From a bacterium (lineage in GTDB: Bacteria; Patescibacteriota; Minisyncoccia; Phycocordibacterales; Phycocordibacteraceae): a DNA stretch of 64,000 nt. Below, in pieces: positions 9,295 to 19,809 of the stretch (position 1 is the stretch's first letter; every line of letters begins with the position of its first letter). Location of the stretch: positions 2,133 to 66,132 of the forward strand of contig JAJZTG010000003.1 of assembly GCA_021849125.1 (NCBI GenBank), given 5' to 3'. The translations under genes and the position numbers were made by a program. The notes beneath the pieces were generated by a model. It searched no databases. It saw only the letters and a program-made list of their open reading frames with translations, and was not told where the DNA came from.

Positions 9295-10502
9295 AGCGCG
9301 TATTAATATTCTCCCTTACATATTATCCGCGCTTCGTGGGCGGCGCGGAGGTTGCCCTCAAGGAGATCACCGATCGCATCTCTCCTGAGGAGATCGAGTT
9401 CCATATGGTGACACTCAGACTCGATTCTGAGTTGCCGGAGGAGGAAAAGATAGGGAATGTTATCGTGCACCGGATCGGCCTGACATGGAAAGCGCCTACC
9501 ATCGCCGATTTGCAAAAGTTTCCACTCAAGCTCACGAAATATTGGTACCAGTTCTCTGCAGCTCGCGCGGCGGAGAAGCTGCATCAGCAGTATCATTTCG
9601 ACGGCATCTGGGCGATGATGGCGCACTCATGCGCCGTTCCTGCCGGGATCTTCAAGAAGTGGCATCCAGAAGTGAAATATCTCCTGACTCTTCAGGAAGG
9701 AGATCCTCCCGAGTATATCGAGCGTCTCGCACGCCCGGTATGGCCGCTCTTCAAACGAGGGTTTACGAGTGCGGATGCACTCCAACCTATTTCGACCTTT
9801 CTTCTTAATTGGGGGAGAAGGATGGGCTTTACGGGTGAGGCTGAAATTATCCCGAATGCGGTGAATACGGCGCATTTCTCACAAGCGATAACGCCAGAAG
9901 CGCGCAACTCGACTCGCGCGGCCATCGTTCTCAAGTCTGACGATGTCGCACTGGTAACGACCTCGCGTCTCGTCCACAAGAATGCAGTTGATGATGTCAT
10001 ACGTGCGATCGCACTTCTTCCGGAGAATGTGCACTTCGTCATTTACGGCATCGGTCCGGACGAGGCCATGCTCAAGAAACTTTCCAAAGAGAGTGGAACC
10101 GAGAGACGCATCCACTTCATGGGGCAGATCGGCCATGATGAAATGCCGCGCGCGCTCAAAAGTTGTGATATTTTCATCCGTCCTTCGCGGTCCGAAGGTA
10201 TGGGGAATTCGTTTATCGAGGCCATGGCGGCTGAACTTCCCGTTATTGCGACACAGGAAGGGGGTATTGCAGATTTTCTTTTCGATGCGAAACGTAACCC
10301 TGACAAAAAGCCGACTGGTTGGGCTGTCGATAAGGATTCCCCAGAACAGATTGCTGAGGCAGTTAAGGACATCATCGGAAATCCGCTAGCGGTTGCACAA
10401 GTGCTTGAAACGGCACGTGAGCTTGCTATAGAGAAATATGATTGGAATCTCATTGCTGCACGCATGAAAACACTTTTCGATCGGCTTCTCGAAAGCAGGT
10501 AA
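9291..10502 (+). CDS. Glycosyltransferase family 4
   Basis: GGAE, IIPNAV, SRLVHKN, PSRSEGMGNSFIEAMA. Confidence 0.9.
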   Translation: MKRVLIFSLTYYPRFVGGAEVALKEITDRISPEEIEFHMVTLRLDSELPEEEKIGNVIVHRIGLTWKAPTIADLQKFPLKLTKYWYQFSAARAAEKLHQQYHFDGIWAMMAHSCAVPAGIFKKWHPEVKYLLTLQEGDPPEYIERLARPVWPLFKRGFTSADALQPISTFLLNWGRRMGFTGEAEIIPNAVNTAHFSQAITPEARNSTRAAIVLKSDDVALVTTSRLVHKNAVDDVIRAIALLPENVHFVIYGIGPDEAMLKKLSKESGTERRIHFMGQIGHDEMPRALKSCDIFIRPSRSEGMGNSFIEAMAAELPVIATQEGGIADFLFDAKRNPDKKPTGWAVDKDSPEQIAEAVKDIIGNPLAVAQVLETARELAIEKYDWNLIAARMKTLFDRLLESR

Positions 10503-10511
10503 AATAATTGT

Positions 10512-11612
10512 ATGAAAATAGTCGTCGCGACGCCTTTGTATCCGCCTGAGCCGGGCGGGCCTGCCACGTACGCGAAAGCCCTTGAAGAAGGTCTTCCAGG
10601 GAAGGGCATCGAGGTCGTGCTCGTTAAGTTCGGCGAGGTGCGGCACTTGCCGAAGATCGTGCGGCATATCGCATATTATCTGCGCGTACGTCGTGCGCTC
10701 AAAGGAGCCGATCTCGTGCTTGCGCTTGATCCGGTCTCGGTCGGCCTGCCGGCCTGCCTTGCCGCATGGACGCTTCGGAAGCCGCTCGTCGTGAAGGTGG
10801 TGGGCGACTACGCCTGGGAACAAGGGCAGCAACGTTTCGGTGTCACAGCTACGCTCGACGATTTCGTCCAGCATGACGATGCGCCATTTATGGTCGGGCT
10901 CTTGCGCGAAGTGCAGAAGGGCGTCGCCGAGTATGCGGCGCGTATTATCGTGCCGAGCGAGTATCTCAAAGGGGTCGTCGTCGCGTGGGGCATCCCGAAA
11001 GAAAAAATCACGGTTATCTACAATGCGGTCCCGCAAGGGAGCGTGGGCGAAGTGCCCAAAGCAGTGGCGATGCTGCCGCGTCCGCTCGTGGCGACGGCTG
11101 GCCGTTTGGTCCCCTGGAAACATGTCGACAGCATCATCGATACAATCGCGGTGCTTCGCCAGCAGGGAAGCCATGTGTCGCTCGCTATCATCGGGAGCGG
11201 GCCAGAACAGGCGCATCTTGAAGCGCACGCAAAGAAAGCGCTCGGCGCGCACGTCGTATTCACCGGCGCCCTGCCGCACGAGGATCTCCTCGCGAGTCTC
11301 GCAAGCGCAGATGCCTTCGTGCTCAACTCTTCGTATGAGGGGCTCTCGCATCTGCTCATCGAAGCGCTCGCGCTTGGCGTACCTACGGTCGCGACTGATG
11401 TCGGTGGCAACCCGGAGGTCATCACGCACGGCGCTACAGGGCTTCTCGTACCAGCGGGGGATACGGACGCCCTCGCTGGAGCGCTTACACGCCTTCTCTC
11501 AGAAAACGATCTGCGGGAGCGTGTCGCGCGTGCGGCCAAGGAATCCGTCCACCGTTTCTCAAAAGGAACGATGATCGAACACACCGCTGAGCTGCTCGTT
11601 TCTTTTTCGTAA
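10512..11612 (+). CDS. Glycosyltransferase family 4
   Basis: YPPEPGGPATY, GRLVPWK, SSYEGLSHLLIEALALG. Confidence 0.9.
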   Translation: MKIVVATPLYPPEPGGPATYAKALEEGLPGKGIEVVLVKFGEVRHLPKIVRHIAYYLRVRRALKGADLVLALDPVSVGLPACLAAWTLRKPLVVKVVGDYAWEQGQQRFGVTATLDDFVQHDDAPFMVGLLREVQKGVAEYAARIIVPSEYLKGVVVAWGIPKEKITVIYNAVPQGSVGEVPKAVAMLPRPLVATAGRLVPWKHVDSIIDTIAVLRQQGSHVSLAIIGSGPEQAHLEAHAKKALGAHVVFTGALPHEDLLASLASADAFVLNSSYEGLSHLLIEALALGVPTVATDVGGNPEVITHGATGLLVPAGDTDALAGALTRLLSENDLRERVARAAKESVHRFSKGTMIEHTAELLVSFS

Positions 11613-11615
11613 TCC

Positions 11616-12752
11616 ATGAAAGCCCTCTTCGTCTCAAACGACCCGAATATCTTCGACCCGAAAAGCGACGTGCGTGCGCGCATGCGCGCGTATGCGGAAG
11701 CGATCGGGGAGCTTCATATCATCTCGGCAGGACCGGTCTTTGCACGCGAGGAGCACGACGGGGCGCTCTACGTGCACCCGGTGTATGCGGGGAAGCTCTT
11801 TCGCATGAAGCTTCTCACACGTCGTGCCGTGGCGCTTATCCGCGAGTACGACATCGAGATCGTTTCCGCCCAGGATCCGTTCGAGCATGGGCTCGCCGCG
11901 CTTCGTGCGGTCGAAGCTGCCGGCATTAAGCTCCACGTCCAGGTGCATACGGACTTCCTCTCGCCCTGGTTCGTACGGGAAGGGAATTGGCGCAGCCCGA
12001 GCATCCGGATGCCACTCCTGAACCGTTGGCGGCGCAGCATCGCTGACCGCGTGCTCCCGAAAGCCGATGGTATCCGCGTCGTCTCGGAGCGTGTGAAGGA
12101 TTCGCTCATCGCGCGTTACGGGTCACGTATCCCGGAGCCGTCGATCATCCCGGTCGCGGTCGATGCGACCGTGCCCGAGAAGAAGCCGCTTCCGCCGCAT
12201 CCGTTTACCTTCGCGCTTCTTGCGGTCGGCCGTTTGGAGCCAGAGAAGCGTATCGAGGATATCCTTGCCGCACTTAAGCTCGTCATTCCTCAGTACCCGT
12301 CGGTCGGGCTTTGTATCGCAGGTGAGGGGAGGGAGTGGCGCAAGCTCGAGCGCATGGTTCGCAAACTCAAGCTCAAAGACCATGTGCTCTTCCTCGGGCA
12401 TCGAAGCGATGCGCGTGCGCTCATGGGGAGCGCTCAGGCGTTCATCCAGGCAAGTGCGTACGAAGGCTACGGCCGTACGCTCGTTGAGGCGGCACTCGCG
12501 AAGGTACCGATCATCACGACCGATGTCGGCATCGTCGGCGAGGTGTTCAAGGGGTACGAAGACGTGCTTGCGGTACCGGTGGCCGACCCGACCGCTCTCG
12601 CGCTTGCGATCGCTGGTCTTCTCGAAGATGGTGCCGTGCGTATCGAGTTCCCGCTTCATGCTGAGGCTGCCGCACGCGAGCATCTCGAGAGTATCGGCGA
12701 CCTCCCGTCGCGCATCGCCGAGGATTTCTCAGAGACACTGCAAAGGGCGTAA
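11616..12752 (+). CDS. Glycosyltransferase family 4
   Basis: VGRLEPEK, SAYEGYGRTLVEAA, TTDVG. Confidence 0.9.
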   Translation: MKALFVSNDPNIFDPKSDVRARMRAYAEAIGELHIISAGPVFAREEHDGALYVHPVYAGKLFRMKLLTRRAVALIREYDIEIVSAQDPFEHGLAALRAVEAAGIKLHVQVHTDFLSPWFVREGNWRSPSIRMPLLNRWRRSIADRVLPKADGIRVVSERVKDSLIARYGSRIPEPSIIPVAVDATVPEKKPLPPHPFTFALLAVGRLEPEKRIEDILAALKLVIPQYPSVGLCIAGEGREWRKLERMVRKLKLKDHVLFLGHRSDARALMGSAQAFIQASAYEGYGRTLVEAALAKVPIITTDVGIVGEVFKGYEDVLAVPVADPTALALAIAGLLEDGAVRIEFPLHAEAAAREHLESIGDLPSRIAEDFSETLQRA

Positions 12753-12797
12753 CCTCCATTTCCTCACCCTGGTTATCCAAGGTATAGTGCGCTTAAT

Positions 12798-13643
12798 ATG
12801 ACGATTGGCTTCATCGGGCAGGGTTTCATAGGGAAGAACTACGCGGACGATTTCGAGGCGCGTGGCCATATGGTCGTGCGCTACGCGCTCGAGGAGCCGT
12901 ACGTGCAGAACGTTGATGCTATCCGCGAGTGCGACATCGTCTTTATCGCCGTCCCGACACCAACGACGCCTGAGGGATTCAGTACGGAAATTCTCGAGGA
13001 CGCGCTTACGCATGTGGGCGCAGGGAAGATCGCAGTCATCAAGTCGACCGTGCTGCCAGGTACCACCCGACGCCTTCAAGAAAAGCACTCGGGTCTCACG
13101 ATTCTCATGTCTCCAGAATTCCTGAGTGAAGCGACCGCAGCGTACGACGCGGCACATCCGTTCTCGAACATCGTCGGACTGCCTGTTGATGATGAGGTGC
13201 ACCAGAAGGCAGCAGAAGCGGTGCATGCGCTCCTGCCGGCTGCACCCTACGCGACGATGTGTACGAGCGATCAGGCAGAGCTCATCAAGTACGCGCACAA
13301 CGTGAGCGGCTATACGCAGATCGTCACGTTCAATATGCTTTACGAACTCTCGCAGTCTCTCGGGGCCGATTGGGCCCCGATCGAGCAAGCGCTCGATGCC
13401 GATCCGATGATATCGAGACGATATGCGCACCCGCTTCACAAGAGCGGTCGCGGTGCGGGCGGTCACTGCTTCATAAAGGATTTCGCGGCGTTGCGCGGTC
13501 TCTATGAGCAGGTGGTCAATGATCCGGCGGGGAAGGCGGCGCTTGTCGCATTCGAAAAGAAGAATATCGAGCTCCTCCGTAATACGCATAAGGATCTCGA
13601 TCTGTTGCGTGGCGTATACGGAGATGACGTGCCAGACGCATGA
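12798..13643 (+). CDS. UDP-glucose/GDP-mannose dehydrogenase family protein, short form
   Basis: GFIGQGFIG, FIAVPTP, IKSTVLPG, SPEFLSE, AELIKY, GGHCFIKD; at 281 aa it has no room for the C-terminal UDP-binding domain. Confidence 0.82.
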   Translation: MTIGFIGQGFIGKNYADDFEARGHMVVRYALEEPYVQNVDAIRECDIVFIAVPTPTTPEGFSTEILEDALTHVGAGKIAVIKSTVLPGTTRRLQEKHSGLTILMSPEFLSEATAAYDAAHPFSNIVGLPVDDEVHQKAAEAVHALLPAAPYATMCTSDQAELIKYAHNVSGYTQIVTFNMLYELSQSLGADWAPIEQALDADPMISRRYAHPLHKSGRGAGGHCFIKDFAALRGLYEQVVNDPAGKAALVAFEKKNIELLRNTHKDLDLLRGVYGDDVPDA

Positions 13644-14692
13644 AGCTTCTCATTACCACACAGGCAGTAGACCAGAACGATCCAGCGCTCGCGTTCTTTT
13701 TGCAGTGGGTGAGCGAGTTCGCTAAACATTGCGAACAGGTCACTGTCGTGTGCCTACGAGAGGGAAAGTACACGCTTCCGGATAATGTTCGCGTAGTCTG
13801 CATCGATCCGAGCCGTCGTTCCTCACGCATCAGTCGTGCAATACGCTTTATTTCGTTCATGTTCCGTGAACGCGCATCGTACGACACCGTGTTCGTGCAT
13901 ATGAATCCCGAGTACCTCGTACTCGGTGGTTGGTACTGGCGCTTGAGGGGTATCCGGAGCGGCCTGTGGTATACGCACCGGAGCGTCGACCTGAAGCTCC
14001 GTATCGCGACCCTTTTCGCAAACATCGTATTCACGGCATCTCCCGAAGGATTCCGCCTGAAGAACGACAAAGTCTGTGCCATGGGGCACGGTATCGATAC
14101 GGACCGATTCCATCGAGAGATCTCTGATCTCAAGCTGCACAAGCCACTCAACCTGCTCTGTGTCGGGCGCATTACGCCTATCAAGGATCAGAAGACCGCC
14201 GTCGAGGCACTCGCGCTCTTGAAAAAAGAAGGTGTCGACGTGCATCTTACGTTCATCGGCGTGCCAAGCGCGGTGGGTGATGATGCGTACGCACACGAGG
14301 TCAAGGAATTGATCGCGCAAAAAGGGCTCGAAGGGCAGGTGACCTTTGCCGGTGCCGTGACGTATGACGACATGCCGAAACAGTATGAGAACATGGATTT
14401 TTCCCTCAATCTTTGTCCGACAGGAGGACTCGACAAGGTCGTGTTCGAGTCAATGGCAGCAGGCGTACCGACGCTCGTCGCCAATACCGCATTCGCGAAT
14501 CTTTTCGGGCCGTATAAAGATCTACTTGTGTTCCGGCATGGTAATGCTCGCGATCTTGCGATGAAAATAGAAGCGATTGCCCGCTTGAGCGAGGAGAGTT
14601 TGCGCGATATCCGCATTGAGCTTGGCCGTACCGTGTGGGGGAAAGCTGATGTCAGCGCGTTAGTGACGAGCATTGTACAATACCTCATATGA
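13640..14692 (+). CDS. Glycosyltransferase family 4
   Basis: GHGIDTDRF, VGRITPIK, GGLDKVVFESMAAG. Confidence 0.88.
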   Translation: MKLLITTQAVDQNDPALAFFLQWVSEFAKHCEQVTVVCLREGKYTLPDNVRVVCIDPSRRSSRISRAIRFISFMFRERASYDTVFVHMNPEYLVLGGWYWRLRGIRSGLWYTHRSVDLKLRIATLFANIVFTASPEGFRLKNDKVCAMGHGIDTDRFHREISDLKLHKPLNLLCVGRITPIKDQKTAVEALALLKKEGVDVHLTFIGVPSAVGDDAYAHEVKELIAQKGLEGQVTFAGAVTYDDMPKQYENMDFSLNLCPTGGLDKVVFESMAAGVPTLVANTAFANLFGPYKDLLVFRHGNARDLAMKIEAIARLSEESLRDIRIELGRTVWGKADVSALVTSIVQYLI

Positions 14693-15309
14693 AGCAGGTC
14701 GACCGTGGTGCCTATGCGTTCGAATGTTATAGCGGCGAGGATCGTTTCGCGAGTTATTATGTACAGCTTCGCGAAGTGTTTGCATGTGCACCATCCTCTG
14801 TACTGGAGGTCGGTACCGGAGAGCATGTGCTGGGGAATTATTTGAAGAACAACACGGACATCGCTTACACGTCGCTAGATATCGCCGAAGATCTCTCTCC
14901 AGATATCGTCGGTGATGTCCGGAAGCTCCCGTTCCCCGACAATTCGTTCGATGTCGCCTGTGCCTTCGAGGTGCTCGAACATCTGCCGTTCGATGATTTC
15001 GAGCAGGCAATCGGCGAACTCATGCGCGTATCGAAGAAGCAAGTCATCATAAGTCTCCCGCACTTTGGCCCCCCGATTAAATTTCTTCTCAAGGTTCCGT
15101 TTTTCCCCGAGGCCCGTTTTGCCTTCAAGATCCCGTTTCCGCGCAAACATATGTTCAATGGCCAGCACTACTGGGAGATAGGGAAGCGTGGCTATCCAGC
15201 GCACCGCATCCGAGCTATCCTTGCGCGTTTCGGGACACTACGGAAGGAGTTTACGCCATTCGGAAATCAGTACCACCACTTTTTTGTTCTTGAAAAGAAT
15301 CATGCGTAG
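14689..15309 (+). CDS. Class I SAM-dependent methyltransferase
   Basis: VLEVGTG, LPFPDNSFDV, FEVLEHLP, HYWEIG. Confidence 0.85.
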   Translation: MKQVDRGAYAFECYSGEDRFASYYVQLREVFACAPSSVLEVGTGEHVLGNYLKNNTDIAYTSLDIAEDLSPDIVGDVRKLPFPDNSFDVACAFEVLEHLPFDDFEQAIGELMRVSKKQVIISLPHFGPPIKFLLKVPFFPEARFAFKIPFPRKHMFNGQHYWEIGKRGYPAHRIRAILARFGTLRKEFTPFGNQYHHFFVLEKNHA

Positions 15310-16066
15310 TTGGTTTAAAAATATCGTTTTCGGCCTTCTTCCGAAGGCTCGACTCAAGGAAGACGAGGCAATCATTCTTATGTATCATTCGATAGGCGAT
15401 CGAAAGGATTATTTCTCATCTGTGTCAAAAAAGTCTTTCGTTCAGCAGATGGAATATCTGCATGCGGCAGGTATTCCGGTAATTTCGCTTCCCGAACTCA
15501 TTCGGCGTCTGAAGGATGGGCAACTGCTCGGTGGCGCCGTGGTCATTACGTTTGACGATGGATATGAAGATAATTATCTAGCCGCGTTTCCCGTACTCAA
15601 ACGATTTAATTTTCCCGCCACGATCTTCCTTACGACCGATCTTATCGGGAAGGAAGATAAACGTAATCTTAGCCGTTTGAACGGCGAACAAACACGAGAA
15701 ATGGCGCAATCGGGTTTGATTTATTTCGAACCCCACACGAGGTCGCATCCGCGGCTTTCGCAGCTACCTGAAGATGAGGTCCGAGAAGAAATAGTAGGCT
15801 CGAAAAAAGCCGTTGAAGAGCTGACGGGGAAGACGTGCAGCTCGTTTGCCTATCCGTATGGGGATTACAACCACGTTGCGAAGAGATTGGTGGAAGAAAT
15901 TGGTTTCGAGGCTGCCTGTACGGTGAAAGAAGGATTAATCCATCACGAGACGGACCCATTCCTTCTCAACCGGAATTCGATAGACCGCTCAACTTCATTC
16001 GTGCAATTTCGCGCAAAGGTCTCGAGGGGGATTTATATGTATGAGAAACTTAAGGTATGGAACTAG
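15302..16066 (+). CDS. Polysaccharide deacetylase (CE4)
   Basis: ILMYHSI, ITFDDGYEDN, HTRSHP, FAYPYG. Confidence 0.88.
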   Translation: MRSWFKNIVFGLLPKARLKEDEAIILMYHSIGDRKDYFSSVSKKSFVQQMEYLHAAGIPVISLPELIRRLKDGQLLGGAVVITFDDGYEDNYLAAFPVLKRFNFPATIFLTTDLIGKEDKRNLSRLNGEQTREMAQSGLIYFEPHTRSHPRLSQLPEDEVREEIVGSKKAVEELTGKTCSSFAYPYGDYNHVAKRLVEEIGFEAACTVKEGLIHHETDPFLLNRNSIDRSTSFVQFRAKVSRGIYMYEKLKVWN

Positions 16067-16701
16067 CTTTTCTCGCGCAGCAGACATTAGATGGTAAGAC
16101 TATCGGTAGAGCGCTCTTCAATGCGCAAGTAAAACGTCATATGCGTGGTTTGTCTGGCAACACGCTCGATCTTGCCAGTGGCGGTTCGGCGGGGTATCTA
16201 CGCTACGCCCAGAGAGGGCTTCATGTTTTACGAACCGATGTGCATGACGGGGATGGAATAGATATGGTGGTCGATATAGATCAAAGATTGCCATTCCACG
16301 ACGGCGAATTCGATCATGTGCTCCTTTTCAATGCTTTGTACGCAATAAAGGATCCAAATCGCCTCCTCAAGGAGATGCGTCGTGTCGTACGAATTGGCGG
16401 ATCGGTGCTCGTAGCCTCCCCTTTTCTGAGTAATGAGATGCCAGAACCTCATGACTATAGACGGCTTACTTCCGAAGGACTCAGGGAATTGTTCGATGAA
16501 GTCGGATATTTGACCATACAAATCATCCCATACGGCGAACGTTTTTCGGTCATGGCGAATCTCCTGCATCCTTTTCTGATGTTTAATATCGTACGTTTGC
16601 CGATTTATCTACTCGCGTACGTGCTTGATGCTTGTATCCCTGAGAAAACTCGCACACTGCACCCGGCTCCTATCGGATATTTCTGCATACTCAAGAAGTG
16701 A
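16057..16701 (+). CDS. Class I SAM-dependent methyltransferase
   Basis: TLDLASGG, LPFHDGEFDHV, PHDYRRLT. Confidence 0.82.
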   Translation: MELAFLAQQTLDGKTIGRALFNAQVKRHMRGLSGNTLDLASGGSAGYLRYAQRGLHVLRTDVHDGDGIDMVVDIDQRLPFHDGEFDHVLLFNALYAIKDPNRLLKEMRRVVRIGGSVLVASPFLSNEMPEPHDYRRLTSEGLRELFDEVGYLTIQIIPYGERFSVMANLLHPFLMFNIVRLPIYLLAYVLDACIPEKTRTLHPAPIGYFCILKK

Positions 16702-16703
16702 TC

Positions 16704-17804
16704 ATGGTAAAGATTCTCTATATCGCCAACATACGTTTACCGACCGAGAAGGCGCACGGTATACAGATCATGAAGATGTGTGAAGCGCTCGCGAAGGCAG
16801 GAGCATCAGTCGAACTCGTAATCCCTACACGCAAGAACGCTATACAAGACGATCCGTTCTCGTATTATGCCGTACCAGCCACATTCCGAATCGTACGTCT
16901 GCCAATTATTAACCTGCTCGCTTGGGGTCCTTTAGGGTATCTCGTCTCCCTTGCTTGGTTTCTGCAAAGCGCACGCCGTCACGCAGAGCGATATCCAGGA
17001 GCATGTGTGTATACGCGCGAGCCGCTCGCCGCTCTCTTTATCCCAGATACCACGATTGAGGTGCATGTGCGTTCGAGCTCTCGTATCGCGCGATATGCGA
17101 TCCGCAAAGCAAGGAATATCGTAACGATAACCGAAGGCCTGAAACAAGCACTCGTGGACGATGGTGTTCCCGAAGGGAAAATAACGGTCTTGGCCGACGC
17201 GGTCGATATCGGGCTTTTCGATACTTCTCTCACGAAAGCTGAGGCTCGGCATCAGACCAGGCTTCCTGCTGAGGGAAAGATCGCATTGTATGCCGGTAGC
17301 TTCTCGCTCTATTCATGGAAGGGACTCGATACGTTTATCGCGGCTGCACGACAGCATCCCGAAATCCTGTTCGTATGCGTTGGTGGCACTGCAGAGGAGG
17401 CGGCACGGGTCGGCGGAAGATTGTCTTCGAACGTACGATGCATCGGTAAGGTGTCCTATGCTGAAGTGCCTCGTTACCTTCGCGCAGCAGACGTGCTCGT
17501 ATTGCCGAACAAGCCGGGGGATACGGTATCAGAGCGGTACACGTCGCCTTTGAAGCTCTTCGAATATCTTGCAAGCGGCACGCCGATGGTGGCTTCAGAC
17601 CTCCCAAGCATACGCGAGATAGTGAGTGAGAAAGAAGCGACATTGTTTATTCCGGGCGATTCCCAAGCGCTTGCTCAGGCGATAATCAGCGTATTTGCCG
17701 ATCGGGAGAGTGCAGCGGTACGCGCATCTGCAGGGAAAGAAAAAATGGAGAAGTATACTTGGGATGTGCGCGCAGCGCGTGTACTCGCTCTTCTCAAGAA
17801 TTGA
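16704..17804 (+). CDS. Glycosyltransferase family 4
   Basis: RLPTEKAHGIQIMKMCEA, WKG, TSPLKLFEYLASG, SDLPSIRE. Confidence 0.9.
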   Translation: MVKILYIANIRLPTEKAHGIQIMKMCEALAKAGASVELVIPTRKNAIQDDPFSYYAVPATFRIVRLPIINLLAWGPLGYLVSLAWFLQSARRHAERYPGACVYTREPLAALFIPDTTIEVHVRSSSRIARYAIRKARNIVTITEGLKQALVDDGVPEGKITVLADAVDIGLFDTSLTKAEARHQTRLPAEGKIALYAGSFSLYSWKGLDTFIAAARQHPEILFVCVGGTAEEAARVGGRLSSNVRCIGKVSYAEVPRYLRAADVLVLPNKPGDTVSERYTSPLKLFEYLASGTPMVASDLPSIREIVSEKEATLFIPGDSQALAQAIISVFADRESAAVRASAGKEKMEKYTWDVRAARVLALLKN

Positions 17805-17810
17805 TAACCT

Positions 17811-18437
17811 ATGTTTAAACGACCCTGGGAAAGTTTCTTCGATGAACGGATAGGACGCATGTGCGCGACGTCTTCTCGCGTGCTTGATATCGGCGCCGGC
17901 TTGCGTATCTCTAAAGAATACGGGAACCGTGAAGATCCGACACGCGCATGGATAGGAGATATCGTGCAATCACGGAAGGTCGACTACGTGGTGTTGGATT
18001 ACGTCGACACGTATCATCCGCATATTGTGGGGGACATACAGGATCTGCCTCTTCCCGACGACTCCGAAGAGAACATTGTTTGTCTCGCGGTCCTCGAGCA
18101 TGTTGAGAACCCATTCAAATCGTTTGCAGAGCTCCATCGTGTCCTCAAGCCAGGAGGGAAGTGCCTTCTCTATGTCCCATTCCTGTTCTATTACCATGCC
18201 GAAGGAACGTACTACAAGGATTATTGGCGCTTTACTCCCGACTCATTGAGCACGCTCACGAAGCCGTTCTCGACGATGGAGTTGGCGAGCGTGCGCGGCG
18301 CATTCGAGACGCTCGTACGGCTCTCGCCATTGGGGCGATGGAATTTCTTCCTCGATATGGCTTTCTTACTGGATAAAATGACAGGGAAACTCGCTTCTAA
18401 ACAAGTAAGCGGCTATTACGTATGGCTCGTCAAATGA
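17811..18437 (+). CDS. Class I SAM-dependent methyltransferase
   Basis: VLDIGAG, AVLEHVENP, RVLKPGG, DYWRFT. Confidence 0.87.
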   Translation: MFKRPWESFFDERIGRMCATSSRVLDIGAGLRISKEYGNREDPTRAWIGDIVQSRKVDYVVLDYVDTYHPHIVGDIQDLPLPDDSEENIVCLAVLEHVENPFKSFAELHRVLKPGGKCLLYVPFLFYYHAEGTYYKDYWRFTPDSLSTLTKPFSTMELASVRGAFETLVRLSPLGRWNFFLDMAFLLDKMTGKLASKQVSGYYVWLVK

Positions 18438-18506
18438 TGCTACGGATGCATGTGTGGTACACTTCGCTCACTACGAGCTGGCGCGCATTTTTGCATCAGG
18501 TAACCC

Positions 18507-19316
18507 ATGTCTATCCTTAAACGATTCGTCGAGAAGGTCAGAGAGAGCGTATTTCTCTCCTCAAAGCTTGGCGCGTCGCTCAGCACCAAGATCCTTTTAT
18601 TCATCCTTGTCTGGTGGTTTCCGTTACGCCGTGTTCTTAAGCTCCGAGCGCGAGCAACCGCGGTAAAGCTCAAGGCCCAAAGTGGGCAACAGTTCTTCTT
18701 TACGCTTAAGGACAGCACCGACGTAGCCGTACTTCGTGAAGTGTTTCTTGACGGGGAATATGTCGTGTCGCTCGAAGCTGAACCGAAGGTCATTTTCGAC
18801 ATAGGGAGCAACATAGGCGCTTCGGTCATCTATCTACATCTCAAATACCCATCCGCGAAAATTTACGCCTTCGAACCGAATCCGTATATCTTCGATCGTT
18901 TGCGTGAGAATACCCGTCAGTTCTCGGGAATCGAGATCTTCCCCTATGCCGTTTCTGATACGGACGGGACTATCGAATTTTTCGCATACCCCGACAGCCA
19001 TCTGTCCTCATCGGTGATACAAAGGACGGAAGGACAAAAGCCGATCTCAGTTCCTTCCCGTTCTCTCAGTTCACTCATGCGTGAATTATCGGTAGCGCAT
19101 GTTGATCTCATGAAATTTGATATAGAAGGGGGAGAGGGGCGCATGCTGCGCGACACAGAAGGGCTTAGTAAGATCGGTGCGCTCATCGGCGAGGTGCATT
19201 TCGATCTGATGGATGACACCAAAGAGTCGTTTGAGAAGCTTCTCTCGGGTTTTGACGCGACCTATCGGCCGATAAAACCGACTCGTGGTATCGTGACAGC
19301 ACGCAGCCTTTATTGA
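18507..19316 (+). CDS. FkbM family methyltransferase
   Basis: IFDIGSNIG, AFEPNP, DLMKFDIEGGE. Confidence 0.88.
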   Translation: MSILKRFVEKVRESVFLSSKLGASLSTKILLFILVWWFPLRRVLKLRARATAVKLKAQSGQQFFFTLKDSTDVAVLREVFLDGEYVVSLEAEPKVIFDIGSNIGASVIYLHLKYPSAKIYAFEPNPYIFDRLRENTRQFSGIEIFPYAVSDTDGTIEFFAYPDSHLSSSVIQRTEGQKPISVPSRSLSSLMRELSVAHVDLMKFDIEGGEGRMLRDTEGLSKIGALIGEVHFDLMDDTKESFEKLLSGFDATYRPIKPTRGIVTARSLY

Positions 19317-19320
19317 CGAT

Positions 19321-19809
19321 ATGAGATTTTTTCGGAAGATTCACGAAGTCGATTCCTGGGTTATGCTCAGGATACGTACGCGTTATTGGCGTCTTGTGTT
19401 CAGCAGTTTTGGAAGAAGATCAGCAGTGCTTGGTCGAATCACCGTCGTCGGCCCGAGTCGTGTTCGCATCGGGGACCATGTAACCCTAAATGAGGGCGTG
19501 ATTATAAACGCGCAGCAGTCTCTCGACATCGGAAATCATGTCGCAATCTCTCCGGGAGCGATGCTCCTTACAGGAGGTCTCGTGTTTGAAGGCCGAATGC
19601 GCACCGACCGGCCACATGAACATAAGCCCATCGTCATCCGAGACGGTGCATGGATATGCGCGGGCGCGATTGTGCTTGGAGGGGTGACAGTTGGGGAAGA
19701 TTCTATCGTGGCCGCTGGCGCGGTGGTTCGCGAGGACGTGCCACCTCGGACACTGGTCGGTGGAGTACCCGCTCGCCCCATCAAAAGTCTGAATATTGAA
19801 ACGGTATGA
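19321..19809 (+). CDS. Hexapeptide-repeat (LbH) O-acetyltransferase
   Basis: [59 protein letters not shown]. Confidence 0.88.
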   Translation: MRFFRKIHEVDSWVMLRIRTRYWRLVFSSFGRRSAVLGRITVVGPSRVRIGDHVTLNEGVIINAQQSLDIGNHVAISPGAMLLTGGLVFEGRMRTDRPHEHKPIVIRDGAWICAGAIVLGGVTVGEDSIVAAGAVVREDVPPRTLVGGVPARPIKSLNIETV

